A stretch of DNA of 64,000 bases, from IMG/VR virus record IMGVR_UViG_3300031993_000008, positions 1 through 64,000 of that record; one strand, given 5' to 3'. The stretch comes from a virus. Taxonomy: Duplodnaviria > Caudoviricetes. Below the pieces are notes generated by a model, which worked only from the letters and a program-made list of their open reading frames with translations, was not told the DNA's origin and ran no database searches. This document shows, in pieces, positions 27,764-38,379 of the stretch (positions are counted from its first letter, which is position 1; each line of letters begins with the position of its first letter). Both the position numbers and the translations under genes were made by a program.

Positions 27764-29062
27764 ATGGATAGAATATTGAAGAGGGATGACTTCATCAATG
27801 AAGTATATAATCCTATGATGGAAAAGAAGGAGTATGAGGAACTTGTATCCATCAATGAAGGTCTTTTGAAGACATTGTTTGGTATGGTGAAGAATATGTT
27901 CAAGAAAGACTGGGCATCAATCAAGGGTGATCCTGAAATTATCAAGATTTATAAAGAACTTGATGACAACCTTACAGGATTCTCAACAATGAAGTTGAGT
28001 AAGAAAGACCAATGTAACAAAATACGTCAGGAATTGGTTGACTTTGCCTGTGACTGGTATAACTACAAGATGAACAATGCCAAAAAGAATGAGACAGATC
28101 CAAAACCGGCAGTATCAATGAAGTTTAAGGATGAGACTCTCAAAAGTAATCTTGAAGGAGTCAAGGACAAAATCAAGACTCTTACTGAAGGTGATGAACA
28201 GATGCAGAAGTGGGCAGACATCCTTATGAATGATATGAAACTTGTCATCAACAGGTCAATCCTTGCAGATATCCAGGATGAGGAAGCAAAGAAAGAACTT
28301 GAACAAAAGATTGAGGAAGATAAGAAGAAACAGGCAGAGATTGATGAGATCAACAAGAAAATGGAAACCTGGCAGAATGAACAGTTGAAGAGAGTTCAGG
28401 ATGAAAGGAAACAACTCATTTCAGATACAGAGTCAACACCTATCAAGGATGATTTACTTGGAGATAAGGCAATCCAGAACCTGTGTGGCGAATTTGACCA
28501 AATCCGTACAGCAAAGAAAAACAAAAAGAACACAACTGACCTCTTCAAGAAAAATGAATCTCTTGGATTTAAATCTATTTTTGCTGATGAGGACTATGGT
28601 AAGAAAGAGTTTAAGACTGCTTACAAACTGATGGATTCTTTCTATACTGCACTTGATGCAAGTGATGTAATGAAGAAATTTGCTGAAACACCAGGTCAGT
28701 CAGTACAGGCAATGTGTATTTCTGTAAATGCCTTCATAAAGAATTGTGTCTATGGTGGTACCGATTATGGTGATACACTCCCATTAATGGCAAAATGTGC
28801 TGTCATCTCAAATGGACTTGTAAGTTATAATCTTCCTCTTAATGATAAGACAGGTGATGAAGCAGGTAACTATTTTACAGATATTGTCAAGATAATCACT
28901 GATGGTCAATTAAAAGACACAGAAGGAAAGGAAATAGAACTTCCAGAGGATTTCAAGAAAAATTCAAGTACGCTTCTAAACAAGATTATTGATGAAGCCA
29001 AGAAAATCAAGGAACAGGCAGACAAAGATTATAATGATGCAGTCAAGAATTTGAACCTGTAA
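27764..29062 (+). CDS. Putative internal head protein
   Basis: ILKRDDFINE...SINEGLL motifs; alpha-helical, charged. Confidence 0.55.
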   Translation: MDRILKRDDFINEVYNPMMEKKEYEELVSINEGLLKTLFGMVKNMFKKDWASIKGDPEIIKIYKELDDNLTGFSTMKLSKKDQCNKIRQELVDFACDWYNYKMNNAKKNETDPKPAVSMKFKDETLKSNLEGVKDKIKTLTEGDEQMQKWADILMNDMKLVINRSILADIQDEEAKKELEQKIEEDKKKQAEIDEINKKMETWQNEQLKRVQDERKQLISDTESTPIKDDLLGDKAIQNLCGEFDQIRTAKKNKKNTTDLFKKNESLGFKSIFADEDYGKKEFKTAYKLMDSFYTALDASDVMKKFAETPGQSVQAMCISVNAFIKNCVYGGTDYGDTLPLMAKCAVISNGLVSYNLPLNDKTGDEAGNYFTDIVKIITDGQLKDTEGKEIELPEDFKKNSSTLLNKIIDEAKKIKEQADKDYNDAVKNLNL

Positions 29063-29080
29063 AATAAAAAGGAGAGTTGA

Positions 29081-29440
29081 TTAACTCTCCTTCTTTTTTC
29101 TACCCCCATTTGATGAAGTTGCTGGTTGTTCAGAATTTGGTTCTGGTTCAGATCCAGGTACCGGTGCAGCAGACACTGGTGTAGGTACTGGAATATACTT
29201 CTCAAATCCCTCCAATGCAATATAAAGATAATATGCATCCCTGAGACTGTAAACACCCTTCTTCTGTCCAATATTGATTGTCTTATTAAGTATGGTATAT
29301 GCCTCCTTGAGAGATACATTTTTATTGAAGGCATCAACTGCCTGCTTGGCATAATAAGCATCATCAAGTGTCAAAGCACCATTCTTCTGTGCTATTTCAG
29401 CACCCTGAATAATAATACCAACCCTTTCTTCTAATTCCAT
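29081..29440 (-). CDS. Hypothetical protein with internal duplication
   Basis: AQKNGALTLDDAYY / GQKKGVYSLRDAYY; TTTGTTATATTT at 29466-29477. Confidence 0.65.
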   Translation of the reverse strand: MELEERVGIIIQGAEIAQKNGALTLDDAYYAKQAVDAFNKNVSLKEAYTILNKTINIGQKKGVYSLRDAYYLYIALEGFEKYIPVPTPVSAAPVPGSEPEPNSEQPATSSNGGRKKKES

Positions 29441-29511
29441 ATTAAATACTTATGTTATATACTCTAAATATAACAAAAATCCATAAATACTATAAATATG
29501 GAATAGTACCT

Positions 29512-31242
29512 ATGATTAACAACAATACCCAAAAGAAGAATAATGTCTCTGTTGGTGTAAAGACAGAATCAGAGATTTATTTGAAGAAGAGTGAACTTCC
29601 AAAAAATGTCAGTTCATTCAAAAATGATGCTGGGTATATATCTCAGTCTTCATTGGAAACTTGGTTAAATAATAACAACTACATATCTGAAAGTGAGATC
29701 AGGACAATCATAAGTGATGCATATTCTGTGGTTGTAAGACAAAGTGATGATGGTGTCATAAGTGGAATCAATGGTGAAATTGTTGCAATCAAAGACAGAT
29801 TGGGAAATATTGAATCCGGAATCACTGAAATAAAAGATGAATATGCAAAATCTGATGATATTCCTGTACTGACAGGTTATGCAACAGAAGAATGGGTGGA
29901 AAGTCAAGGTTACCTCACAGAACACCAGTCACTTGATGGTTATGCAACAGAACAGTGGGTGGAAGGTAAGGGTTATCTTACAGAACACCAGTCACTGTCA
30001 GCATATGCAAAGAAAAGTGAAATACCTTCAGTTGAGGGTCTTGCATCAGAATCCTGGGTGGAAAGTCAAGGTTACCTCACAGAACATCAGGACATATCTG
30101 GTAAGGCAGATAAAACAGAACTCCAGAACTATGTAAAAACTACAGTTCTCAGGAATTATCTAAAAAAGAGTGATATGCCTGACAGAAATGATATTGCATT
30201 AGTATCAGAACTTCCTACATTGTTGGATGACTATACAACAAAGGAATGGGTAGAAGACAAACATTATCTTACAGAACACCAATCACTGTCAGCATATGCA
30301 TCAAAGAACTGGGTGATAAACCAACATTATCTTACAGATCACCAGGATTTGAGTGAATATGCAAAGTTGATAGATATTCCAGATACAAGTAATTTTGCTA
30401 CAAAGAGTGAAATACCTCAAATGAGTAAATATGTTACAAAAGGCTGGATAACCAACCAAGGATTCATCACAGCGGATGATATTCCTGAAGTAACAGGATA
30501 TGTAACTGAAGAATGGGTGAATAACCAAGGTTTTCTTAAAGAACATCAGTCATTGACAGGATATGTAAAAAAGTCAGAACTCAATGGGTATGTAAAAGAA
30601 AGTAATCTCCCAAATTTTAATGATTTTGCAACACAACAGTGGGTAGAAGATAAGGGTTATTTAACAAGTCATCAATCACTGGATGATTATGTAAAGAAGT
30701 CTAGTCTCAATTCATATGCAAGAAAGACAGATCTCAATGAATATCTCAAAGAATCTGATGTCAATACAATAATTGAAGGTTATGATTTTCTGACATCATC
30801 TGATTTGGACAGCACATATGCAAAGAAGACAGATCTCCCTGATATGTCCAAATATGCAAAATCTTCAACATTGTCAAATTATGCAAGAATAGAAAATGTA
30901 TATAGTAAGGAACAGACAGATTCAATCTTCCTTTCAAAAGAGAGTGCAGCAGACATATATACTTCAAAATCAGATGCTGATTCCAAATATCTTTCAAAAT
31001 CAGATGCCAGGAAGAATTATCTCCAGATTGAAGATTATATAGGTATGAAAGATGCTGCTGTAATCAGTAATGAGTTCAAACAAAATACAAGAGATGAGTT
31101 TATAAATGATATTCTGCCACAGACCAGTGTAAGGGATGGTTTGTATATTGTAGATACAAATGACCTCATTATTGTAAAGAAAAATGACCCTGTCCCTCTT
31201 ATTATTGATAATTATCCTGCCCTTATGTGGAAAGAAATTTAA
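29512..31242 (+). CDS. Fibre-like protein with YATExWV...GYLTEHQSL repeats
   Basis: Many imperfect repeat units; CATAAATA and TATAAATA at 29482-29498. Confidence 0.7.
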   Translation: MINNNTQKKNNVSVGVKTESEIYLKKSELPKNVSSFKNDAGYISQSSLETWLNNNNYISESEIRTIISDAYSVVVRQSDDGVISGINGEIVAIKDRLGNIESGITEIKDEYAKSDDIPVLTGYATEEWVESQGYLTEHQSLDGYATEQWVEGKGYLTEHQSLSAYAKKSEIPSVEGLASESWVESQGYLTEHQDISGKADKTELQNYVKTTVLRNYLKKSDMPDRNDIALVSELPTLLDDYTTKEWVEDKHYLTEHQSLSAYASKNWVINQHYLTDHQDLSEYAKLIDIPDTSNFATKSEIPQMSKYVTKGWITNQGFITADDIPEVTGYVTEEWVNNQGFLKEHQSLTGYVKKSELNGYVKESNLPNFNDFATQQWVEDKGYLTSHQSLDDYVKKSSLNSYARKTDLNEYLKESDVNTIIEGYDFLTSSDLDSTYAKKTDLPDMSKYAKSSTLSNYARIENVYSKEQTDSIFLSKESAADIYTSKSDADSKYLSKSDARKNYLQIEDYIGMKDAAVISNEFKQNTRDEFINDILPQTSVRDGLYIVDTNDLIIVKKNDPVPLIIDNYPALMWKEI

Positions 31243-31293
31243 ATTTTTTGGTATATTTATAGTTAGATTGTTTTAATTTAATTATAATTAGTG

Positions 31294-31782
31294 ATGATAA
31301 GTATTGTTGATTTTAGAAAGACATCTGGTGAAAGAGTAACAGATCTTGTATCTTATGTAAAGGAATATGTAGAAACACATCCAAACATTGATGTGATTGT
31401 CGGTACAGATTCACAGTCAAGGGGATCCAAAACATATTTCTCAACGGTGGTGGCCTTATATGATCATGGTGATGGTGTGCATGGACATGGTGCCCATTGT
31501 ATATTCAAAAGGTGGTCAACACCCAGGTATAAAAAAGAACAAAGGTTTGCAAGACTTATCAAGGAGACAGAAGAGAGTCTTAATATTGCAAAAGGATTGA
31601 AGGATTGTGGTATCAAAGTCAAGTATGTTGATATTGACATCAATCCTGACCCTAAATACAAGTCCAATGAAGCATTTGATGCTGCATATGGTTGGGTGAC
31701 TGGTGAAGGATTTGATTGCCGTCACAAGACACTTGCACCACTTATAACATCATTTGCAGATTTCTTGGTAAAAAGTAGATAA
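31294..31782 (+). CDS. RNase H-like YkuK (DUF458) protein
   Basis: IVGTDSQ, E.E.S, DIDIN...KSN, FAD motifs. Confidence 0.75.
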   Translation: MISIVDFRKTSGERVTDLVSYVKEYVETHPNIDVIVGTDSQSRGSKTYFSTVVALYDHGDGVHGHGAHCIFKRWSTPRYKKEQRFARLIKETEESLNIAKGLKDCGIKVKYVDIDINPDPKYKSNEAFDAAYGWVTGEGFDCRHKTLAPLITSFADFLVKSR

Positions 31783-31803
31783 CAAACAAAATAACATAAC
31801 AAT

Positions 31804-32007
31804 ATGGAAAGTTTTAAAAAAGATTTGGAAACCTTTGAATATGATTCAAGGAATATTCCACAAGACCACAAATGGGACCGTCTTGCATCTGTTGAAGAAA
31901 CAAAGAAGTTCTATGAGGCAAAGGAAAGGATTTACTTTTCAAGAGTAAAAAGAAGTAGAGTACAATCTGACCCAGAAACAACTGGTCAGCATGGTACAAT
32001 GATTTAA
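31804..32007 (+). CDS. Hypothetical protein
   Basis: ORF followed by terminator at 32011-32037. Confidence 0.5.
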   Translation: MESFKKDLETFEYDSRNIPQDHKWDRLASVEETKKFYEAKERIYFSRVKRSRVQSDPETTGQHGTMI

Positions 32008-32070
32008 AGAAAAGAGAGGGTTTGACCTCTCTTTTTTCATAAATACAGTATAACAAAATATACATAACAA

Positions 32071-33600
32071 ATGAAAACATTTGACAATTTTGAACTTACA
32101 AACAAGCAAAAAGATTTGTTAAAGAAGGCCAATGCAAAGAAAGCCATCAGAAAGTACATCATTGAACATGGTGTTGAACCCAGTGCTGAACTTATTGAGA
32201 GTTTCCACACATACACACAGGAACAGTATGACAAATGCAAGAAGTATCTGTATGCCTGTGCAGTTGTTGATTATGTATCAGTTGTTCCTGAAAAACCGGC
32301 AGAAACTGAAAACACAGCAAGCCAGGCTCAGACAGCTACCAACATTTATGATGCGATTGACGGTGGTGCCAACACCTATACAGCAGGTGAAAATGAGACT
32401 ATCAACAATATGACAGTTCCTGCATCGGCACCAAAGGCAATAACTATCAATGGTTCTGTTCAGGATGGTGCAACTATCACCAATGAAAGTACAAAGGGTT
32501 TGACCATCAACAACACCAATGAGGATCCTATTGACATCAATGTTGTAAATACAGGTGCATCAACCACTATGACACTTAAGGGTGGTGAATACAATGATGT
32601 TTATGCAGAGACCAATAAGATTACTGTAGAAACTCTTAATGGCACCATTTCACTTGTACCTGTAAATGAGAACAGTGCTATGACAGTTGGTGCAGGATGG
32701 CAGGATGGTTCAGCTCTTGTTTCTGATGCTGCCGGCACAATCACCATTTCAAACACTAATTCAGCAAATGAACCTTCTGTAAACATCAATACTCCTAATG
32801 CAACAGTTGTAATGACTGGTGGTCAGTATGATGAACTTACAGTTACCTGTTCAGAGAACACCTTAAAGATCTCAGGTGCATTCCATGCAAAGAAACTTAT
32901 CATAAAGAAGGGTACAATTGAGTTTGGTGCTGCTGATATTCATGACCTGGTTGATGAACTCATCACAGAGGATGAAGTTACACCTACCACTTATGAAATC
33001 TCCAACTCTTCAATTGCCGGATTCTCAAAGAATGGTGTATCTAATGTAATTGAGGATGTAACAAGTACAAGTAGAGTTGGTTTCGGTATCTTTGCAAACG
33101 GTACTTACAGATACAACTTCAATAACCACACTGTTACATTGAAGGGTGGTACATCTGCTGCTATGTATTTCAGAGGTAGTAATCCTACAATTGACATCTA
33201 TGGTCCTGGTAAGATTATTGAATCAAGTGGTACTTATGGTATCTGGACTGGTTCAGAAACTACAACAGTCAATATCTATGGATGTGATGTTGAAGCATAC
33301 ACACATACATTATATGCTTACAGTGGTACAATCAATGTATATGGTGGTTCATTCAAACTCCTTGATGAGACTCCAGAACTTGATACAAATGGTCACCACA
33401 AGTTCCTTTTGAACTGCTATGATGCAAACTATACAGCAGGCACAGCAAAGATTAATGTCTATGGTGGTAAGTTCTACAACTTCAACCCAGCAGAGGCATA
33501 CAGTGAGCCAGGTGGTCCTGTAAGTTATGTTGCAGAAGGATACCATGTTGTTGAAACTATTGAGGATGGTGTTCCAGTATTTGAAGTAGTTGCTGACTAA
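32071..33600 (+). CDS. Late beta-helix/adhesin-like structural protein
   Basis: T/N/I/G-rich (INVYGGKF) repeats; CATAAATA at 32038-32045; N-term MKTFDNF. Confidence 0.6.
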   Translation: MKTFDNFELTNKQKDLLKKANAKKAIRKYIIEHGVEPSAELIESFHTYTQEQYDKCKKYLYACAVVDYVSVVPEKPAETENTASQAQTATNIYDAIDGGANTYTAGENETINNMTVPASAPKAITINGSVQDGATITNESTKGLTINNTNEDPIDINVVNTGASTTMTLKGGEYNDVYAETNKITVETLNGTISLVPVNENSAMTVGAGWQDGSALVSDAAGTITISNTNSANEPSVNINTPNATVVMTGGQYDELTVTCSENTLKISGAFHAKKLIIKKGTIEFGAADIHDLVDELITEDEVTPTTYEISNSSIAGFSKNGVSNVIEDVTSTSRVGFGIFANGTYRYNFNNHTVTLKGGTSAAMYFRGSNPTIDIYGPGKIIESSGTYGIWTGSETTTVNIYGCDVEAYTHTLYAYSGTINVYGGSFKLLDETPELDTNGHHKFLLNCYDANYTAGTAKINVYGGKFYNFNPAEAYSEPGGPVSYVAEGYHVVETIEDGVPVFEVVAD

Positions 33601-33618
33601 TTCAAGACACAATAAATG

Positions 33619-33650
33619 AAAAAAGGAGAGTGAAATCACTCTCCTTTTTT
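33619..33650. terminator. Bidirectional intrinsic terminator
   Basis: aaaaaaggagagtga-aa-tcactctccttttt between convergent genes. Confidence 0.8.
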
Positions 33651-34092
33651 AATACATACCTTCTTTTGCTTCCAGGGCTCTATTCTGCCCTATGAAATCA
33701 TTGTAATCAAAGTGATGTGCATTGAGCCAGTTAACCTGGTGGATGTTGGGTAGATGTATTCCATTAGTGAACACTATTCCGGGAGCAATCTTCCTGTACT
33801 CATCCTTCTCTTCCTCAGTCATAGATGACATTGGTCTGAGGTATGGTAAAAAGTCATCCACTGTATAGTTATAATCAGATATTACATCATTGTATTTGTC
33901 ATCTATTGGATAAACTGTAATATCATCTCCTTCAATACCAAACAGTTCTACATCCACATCTACATCTGTATATTCAAGACATCCACTATATATATCATAT
34001 TCACCAGTTGATGCCTCTATCACCACCTGTCCCTTTAAACCATATGGATACCTTGCACAAATCTCTTTGTAAAATGAATCCCTTTCTTTCAT
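33649..34092 (-). CDS. Hypothetical phage protein (PYLRPMSSMT...HHFD family), paralog A
   Basis: Shares motifs with adjacent gene. Confidence 0.65.
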   Translation of the reverse strand: MKERDSFYKEICARYPYGLKGQVVIEASTGEYDIYSGCLEYTDVDVDVELFGIEGDDITVYPIDDKYNDVISDYNYTVDDFLPYLRPMSSMTEEEKDEYRKIAPGIVFTNGIHLPNIHQVNWLNAHHFDYNDFIGQNRALEAKEGMY

Positions 34093-34096
34093 ATAT

Positions 34097-34522
34097 TTAA
34101 ATATTATACATTCCTTCCAGTGCCTCCAAAGCCTGGCCTTTTCCAATTAAACCTCTGAAGTCAAAGTGATGTTTGTTGAGCCATTTTATCCACTCATCCA
34201 TCAACTCTATATCATAATAGATGTTTTCTCTCTCAACAGTTTCCTTGGTACTTGAAACATCTCCATATTTGTCAACCTCAAACTGATACATACTGTTGTT
34301 GAATATAGCACAACATTCATTCTTTTCCTCATCAGTCATAGTTGACATTGACCTGAGGTAAGGTTTAACCATTCCGATGGGATAGTTTATACCTCTGTCT
34401 GTTGACACAGTTCCACTATCCACACCTTTAAGAATACCTGTGTGATATTTTTCTACCTCTACATATGTATTAAATGGTATCCTCCCACAGAGGTCATATT
34501 TCAATAATTCTATATCACTCAT
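34097..34522 (-). CDS. Hypothetical phage protein (PYLRSMSTMT...HHFD family), paralog B
   Basis: Tandem paralog, both ending ALEA.EGMY. Confidence 0.65.
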   Translation of the reverse strand: MSDIELLKYDLCGRIPFNTYVEVEKYHTGILKGVDSGTVSTDRGINYPIGMVKPYLRSMSTMTDEEKNECCAIFNNSMYQFEVDKYGDVSSTKETVERENIYYDIELMDEWIKWLNKHHFDFRGLIGKGQALEALEGMYNI

Positions 34523-34523
34523 C

Positions 34524-35279
34524 TTATGCTTTCCTTTCATAAATCATTCTTGCATAATGCCTGGTATCAACAGGGAAGTCAACATTATCCATCATCCACT
34601 TGAAATAAGACTTGTCAACCTTGTCAATACTTGTACCTTTCCACTTACCGAAATCAACATAAATCTCCTTTGCACCAGATTCAAGGATCCTGTACTTGAA
34701 GTTTCCAGGTAAATCCAACCTGTCATTGAAATAATCAAGATCAGCATCCTCAAATTCCTGATTCATACCTCTCATTATCTTATATACTTCAAGTGTTGCC
34801 GTAATATCTGCATCTGCCTGGTGAGCATCCTCCAAATCCTTACCTGTGAGTCTCTTATATACATCACCAAGTTTATTGGAATTGTATTTTCTCCACAGTG
34901 TGAAGATGTCATAATTCTTCAGATTCCTGTACTCCCAAGTCAATCCTGCCCTTATGAAAGAATAATACAGGATGGGAATATCAAAGACTGAACAATAATA
35001 TCCACCAACATCACATCCCTGGAAGAAATCAAATGTTTCCTTTGCACATTCCTGGAATGTGGGATAACCAACCAAATCAGCCTCTACAATTCCATGTCTC
35101 TCTGTTGCATCTGGGTCAATCGGAACATTTCCATTATTACACTTAAAATACAACCTATCTATCACCTCCAGGGTTTCTGGATTTACCTTATGTGCTGATA
35201 TTTCAATAATTCTCACATTATCCGGATTTTGGTGTTTACCGGTTGTTTCCAGATCAAAAAATACAATTGGTTTACTCAT
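34524..35279 (-). CDS. DEDDh 3'-5' exonuclease (DnaQ/ExoX-like)
   Basis: FDLETTG, HGI, FD, AHQADAD; C-terminal FGKWKG...Y..W domain. Confidence 0.88.
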   Translation of the reverse strand: MSKPIVFFDLETTGKHQNPDNVRIIEISAHKVNPETLEVIDRLYFKCNNGNVPIDPDATERHGIVEADLVGYPTFQECAKETFDFFQGCDVGGYYCSVFDIPILYYSFIRAGLTWEYRNLKNYDIFTLWRKYNSNKLGDVYKRLTGKDLEDAHQADADITATLEVYKIMRGMNQEFEDADLDYFNDRLDLPGNFKYRILESGAKEIYVDFGKWKGTSIDKVDKSYFKWMMDNVDFPVDTRHYARMIYERKA

Positions 35280-35285
35280 ATATAA

Positions 35286-35855
35286 CTAATCTAAATATTC
35301 AATGTTTATACGTACTATTCCCCTCCTATATTCTATATCATCTCTCATCATCTTTGACCTCATTTTTTCAAAATCAGTCATATCAACATATGGTGTACCA
35401 CAATTAAAAGTAGATGGGAACAAATCATACTTCTCTTCAAATGCCTTGACTAAATCATGGGATGCATAATCATATGCAAACCCTATCAGTTTCAAATCAT
35501 CTTTCAATTCTTTTACCACCTGTGGATCCATATCTTTCAGATATACATAATCTTTATATACACCATCATATATACCTTCAAACCGTCTGGCTGCCAGATT
35601 ATCCCCATATGGTGAATTCTTTTGAGGATTGAATACAAACAAGTGTTTCTTATCAAGTCTATACATACATTCATGTGTCCTGATATACTCTTCCTTTCCA
35701 CCAAATCTTTCATATACATCCCCATCAGGAATATCAAGCATAAATTTCTGGGCAGATTTCTTGTTTGAAAATCCAAACTCTGTCTTACCCATATATTTTC
35801 CCTTGTAGAAAGGAAATATCCTCTCTTCATTATTCTTTATCTGTTCATAGTTCAT
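35286..35855 (-). CDS. Hypothetical protein
   Basis: ORF after motif at about 35882-35893. Confidence 0.6.
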   Translation of the reverse strand: MNYEQIKNNEERIFPFYKGKYMGKTEFGFSNKKSAQKFMLDIPDGDVYERFGGKEEYIRTHECMYRLDKKHLFVFNPQKNSPYGDNLAARRFEGIYDGVYKDYVYLKDMDPQVVKELKDDLKLIGFAYDYASHDLVKAFEEKYDLFPSTFNCGTPYVDMTDFEKMRSKMMRDDIEYRRGIVRINIEYLD

Positions 35856-35947
35856 ATCTATACAACATTAGTTATCAACATAAACATAACAAAAAAGAGA
35901 GAATCCCGAAAGATTCTCTCTAATTTTATTTACTATCTACTTTAAGA

Positions 35948-37690
35948 TTAATAAAGGCTTACACCCTCACCAAGCTTAATATCGAATGAGTAGTAGTAAA
36001 GCTGTGGGTGATGACCTGCACGTACGATAGCGTAACGTGACTTCAATGAAGTAACAGGAGCACCTTCCATACCCTCTGCAGGATATGAGAGCTTGTCAGC
36101 CATCAAATAAGGCATGAATACAAGACCAGGCTCGTTGTCCTTACCCTTACGACCAACAACAATCTTTGTTGATGCGAATGGGAGGTTAGGATCTACATAG
36201 ATAGATACACCTGAAATTGCACCTACTGGGTAGATTGAACCAGCATTCTGGTTGATTGTATTTGAAAGAGGATAAGCTGTGAAACCAGCGCAATCCTGGA
36301 GAGCAGTTGCAATAGCAGCAGCGCATACTGCAAATGTACCAGCACCTCTACGACCTCTCTGAGCGATAAGGTTAGAAGCGGCAAGAACCTTACTCATAAT
36401 TCTCCTCTGGATTGTACCAAGGGTTTCAGCACCACCACCAACGTATGATGAAACATAACCTTCTGGTGCAGCCTCACCTGGATTTACAGTGAAGTAAGTA
36501 TTAAGGTTGATACCTTCAAATGCCTCAGCTTCAACATGGTTCTGATCACCAAGTGCAAAAATCTCATTGAGAAGTTCACGGTTGATGTGCTGTGTCAACT
36601 CATTTACAAGCTCTGCTTCTACCTGAGCAACAGCGTCGATACCATAAGCCTTGAGGTCCTGAATCTGCTCACGAGTGATAGCACCCTTAACCTGGATGGT
36701 CTTAGCCTTTACACTCAATGTAAAGGTGTTGAGTGACATCATGTTTGAAGGAGTAGATTCACCAGTCTCTCTGTCATATGACTTTGCTGACATAGGATCG
36801 CCATTCTTGAAACCATTACCTGAGAAACCAGGGATGAAGTCTTCAAGAGCCTTAACTGTGTCAATGTCAACTACATAGAACTTTGAACCATCCTTACCAG
36901 TGATAACAGGCTCGTCAACGAGAAGAGTTTCTGCAAGTGAAGCAGCAGCACCCTCACCACCGTTAACCTTACCAAGACCAGCATAGTAAGCTTTCTCCTT
37001 AACCTGGAAGATAGGACGACCGTCGATACGACCAAGGGCTACGAAGATAAGGTCATAGTCACCTACTGAAATAGGATCCATATGAGGAACAAATGCCTTC
37101 TGGAGATCCTTGAACTTAAGAGCATGGTTGATTGCATCTTCATTAACCAAAGCAGCATCTGACTTAAGAGCATTCTCGATATCACTATCTGAGTTTGCAT
37201 CACCTGCTGAAAGGGTCAACTTAACCATAAGAGGAGCAGTCTTTGACTCATCTGCACCCTCGAAACGAGGACGGAAATTGGTCTTACCACCTTCATATAC
37301 ATAGTCCATATACTGAAGGATACCAAGAGGACCCTGCATAGGAACTACAGGTACAAGGTCAAGAGCAATTGTCTGAGCTGCAACCTGAACTGCAAGAGGA
37401 AGAAGTGAGAATGGGTTATCACCTGAACCACGAACACCGTCATAACCGTTGTTAGGATTTGCACCTGGGAAGTAAGCAGCACCCATACCACCAACATTCA
37501 TATTTGGGTTGAGATGTGCATAACCGAGAGCACTCTCATTAAGACTCTGCTTCTCATTCATATCATGATAAGCACAGTACTTTGACATCCAAGTCAATTT
37601 AGCACGATCGGTAACGCCAGTTGACTCAGTAATAAAACCTGACCAAGTTTTCAAAACTTCAGCCTCGTTCAAAATAACATTCTGTAACAT
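35948..37690 (-). CDS. gp23: Major capsid protein (T4 gp23-like)
   Basis: VVPMQGP.G, EQIQDLKA.GIDA..E..L..EL...INRE, RGAG, FMPY, KSRY motifs; biased codon usage. Confidence 0.93.
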   Translation of the reverse strand: MLQNVILNEAEVLKTWSGFITESTGVTDRAKLTWMSKYCAYHDMNEKQSLNESALGYAHLNPNMNVGGMGAAYFPGANPNNGYDGVRGSGDNPFSLLPLAVQVAAQTIALDLVPVVPMQGPLGILQYMDYVYEGGKTNFRPRFEGADESKTAPLMVKLTLSAGDANSDSDIENALKSDAALVNEDAINHALKFKDLQKAFVPHMDPISVGDYDLIFVALGRIDGRPIFQVKEKAYYAGLGKVNGGEGAAASLAETLLVDEPVITGKDGSKFYVVDIDTVKALEDFIPGFSGNGFKNGDPMSAKSYDRETGESTPSNMMSLNTFTLSVKAKTIQVKGAITREQIQDLKAYGIDAVAQVEAELVNELTQHINRELLNEIFALGDQNHVEAEAFEGINLNTYFTVNPGEAAPEGYVSSYVGGGAETLGTIQRRIMSKVLAASNLIAQRGRRGAGTFAVCAAAIATALQDCAGFTAYPLSNTINQNAGSIYPVGAISGVSIYVDPNLPFASTKIVVGRKGKDNEPGLVFMPYLMADKLSYPAEGMEGAPVTSLKSRYAIVRAGHHPQLYYYSFDIKLGEGVSLY

Positions 37691-37800
37691 AATTTAGTTT
37701 TGATTTTTTTGTATGTTTATTTATTGAATCAACCTAAAAATAGATCTTTGCTTCTATTATCATTTTTAGATTTTTCCATATTGCTGTGTTTAACTATATA

Positions 37801-37808
37801 TATTTATG
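37801..37808 (-). promoter_or_regulatory. Late promoter CATAAATA of gp23
   Basis: Motif about 110 nt upstream of the gp23 ATG. Confidence 0.65.
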
Positions 37809-37839
37809 TAAATTACTTTTTCAAAATTTCTTCAACTAA

Positions 37840-38310
37840 TTAAATGTAATCGGGATCAGGATTTTCTATTGGATTTATTGCATCTGCCGGGAAATCCATC
37901 TCACCGAATTTTCTTGGTGGACGCCTGTAAGGACAACCATTAACTTCACATCTGTACCAGTTAAGTTCAGCGATCACCATATCTTTCTTATTACATTCTG
38001 ATCTGCTGTCACTGTATCTGTCCCATGCTGCATCCTTTGATTTATAGACCTCATCAAGTTTATCTGAAAGTTTCTCTATATCTGCCTCAAGTTTCTCCTT
38101 TTCGGCAACACAATTGTGATATAGTTTTATCCATTCTTCATTGGATGAGGATAAGTTTGATATTTCTTTTGTTTTTACATCAACTTCTGCTGCTTTTACT
38201 TCAGCTGCTTTTAATCTCTTGTTGAGTCTGAAATAGAAAATACTTACCAAACCTCCTCCAGTGATAAACGTAATAAGATAGCCCAACAAGTTTGAAAGTA
38301 TTTCGGACAT
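37840..38310 (-). CDS. Membrane-anchored coiled-coil protein (possible lysis-related)
   Basis: N-terminal TM with GGG, coiled coil, C-terminal RC...C..R.PP. Confidence 0.55.
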   Translation of the reverse strand: MSEILSNLLGYLITFITGGGLVSIFYFRLNKRLKAAEVKAAEVDVKTKEISNLSSSNEEWIKLYHNCVAEKEKLEADIEKLSDKLDEVYKSKDAAWDRYSDSRSECNKKDMVIAELNWYRCEVNGCPYRRPPRKFGEMDFPADAINPIENPDPDYI

Positions 38311-38340
38311 TGTTTTCTATTGGTTTTGTTTGTATAAAAT

Positions 38341-38369
38341 CACACTGGATGAGTGTTTCATCCAGTGTG
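38341..38369 (-). terminator. Hairpin after protease gene
   Basis: cacactggatga-gtgtt-tcatccagtgtg perfect inverted repeat. Confidence 0.6.
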
Positions 38370-38379
38370 TTGATTGTTT

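Noticed and set aside
29860-30700. Possible CRISPR array or DGR repeat
   Set aside because: Repeats are degenerate, in-frame protein repeats with no constant-repeat/unique-spacer structure
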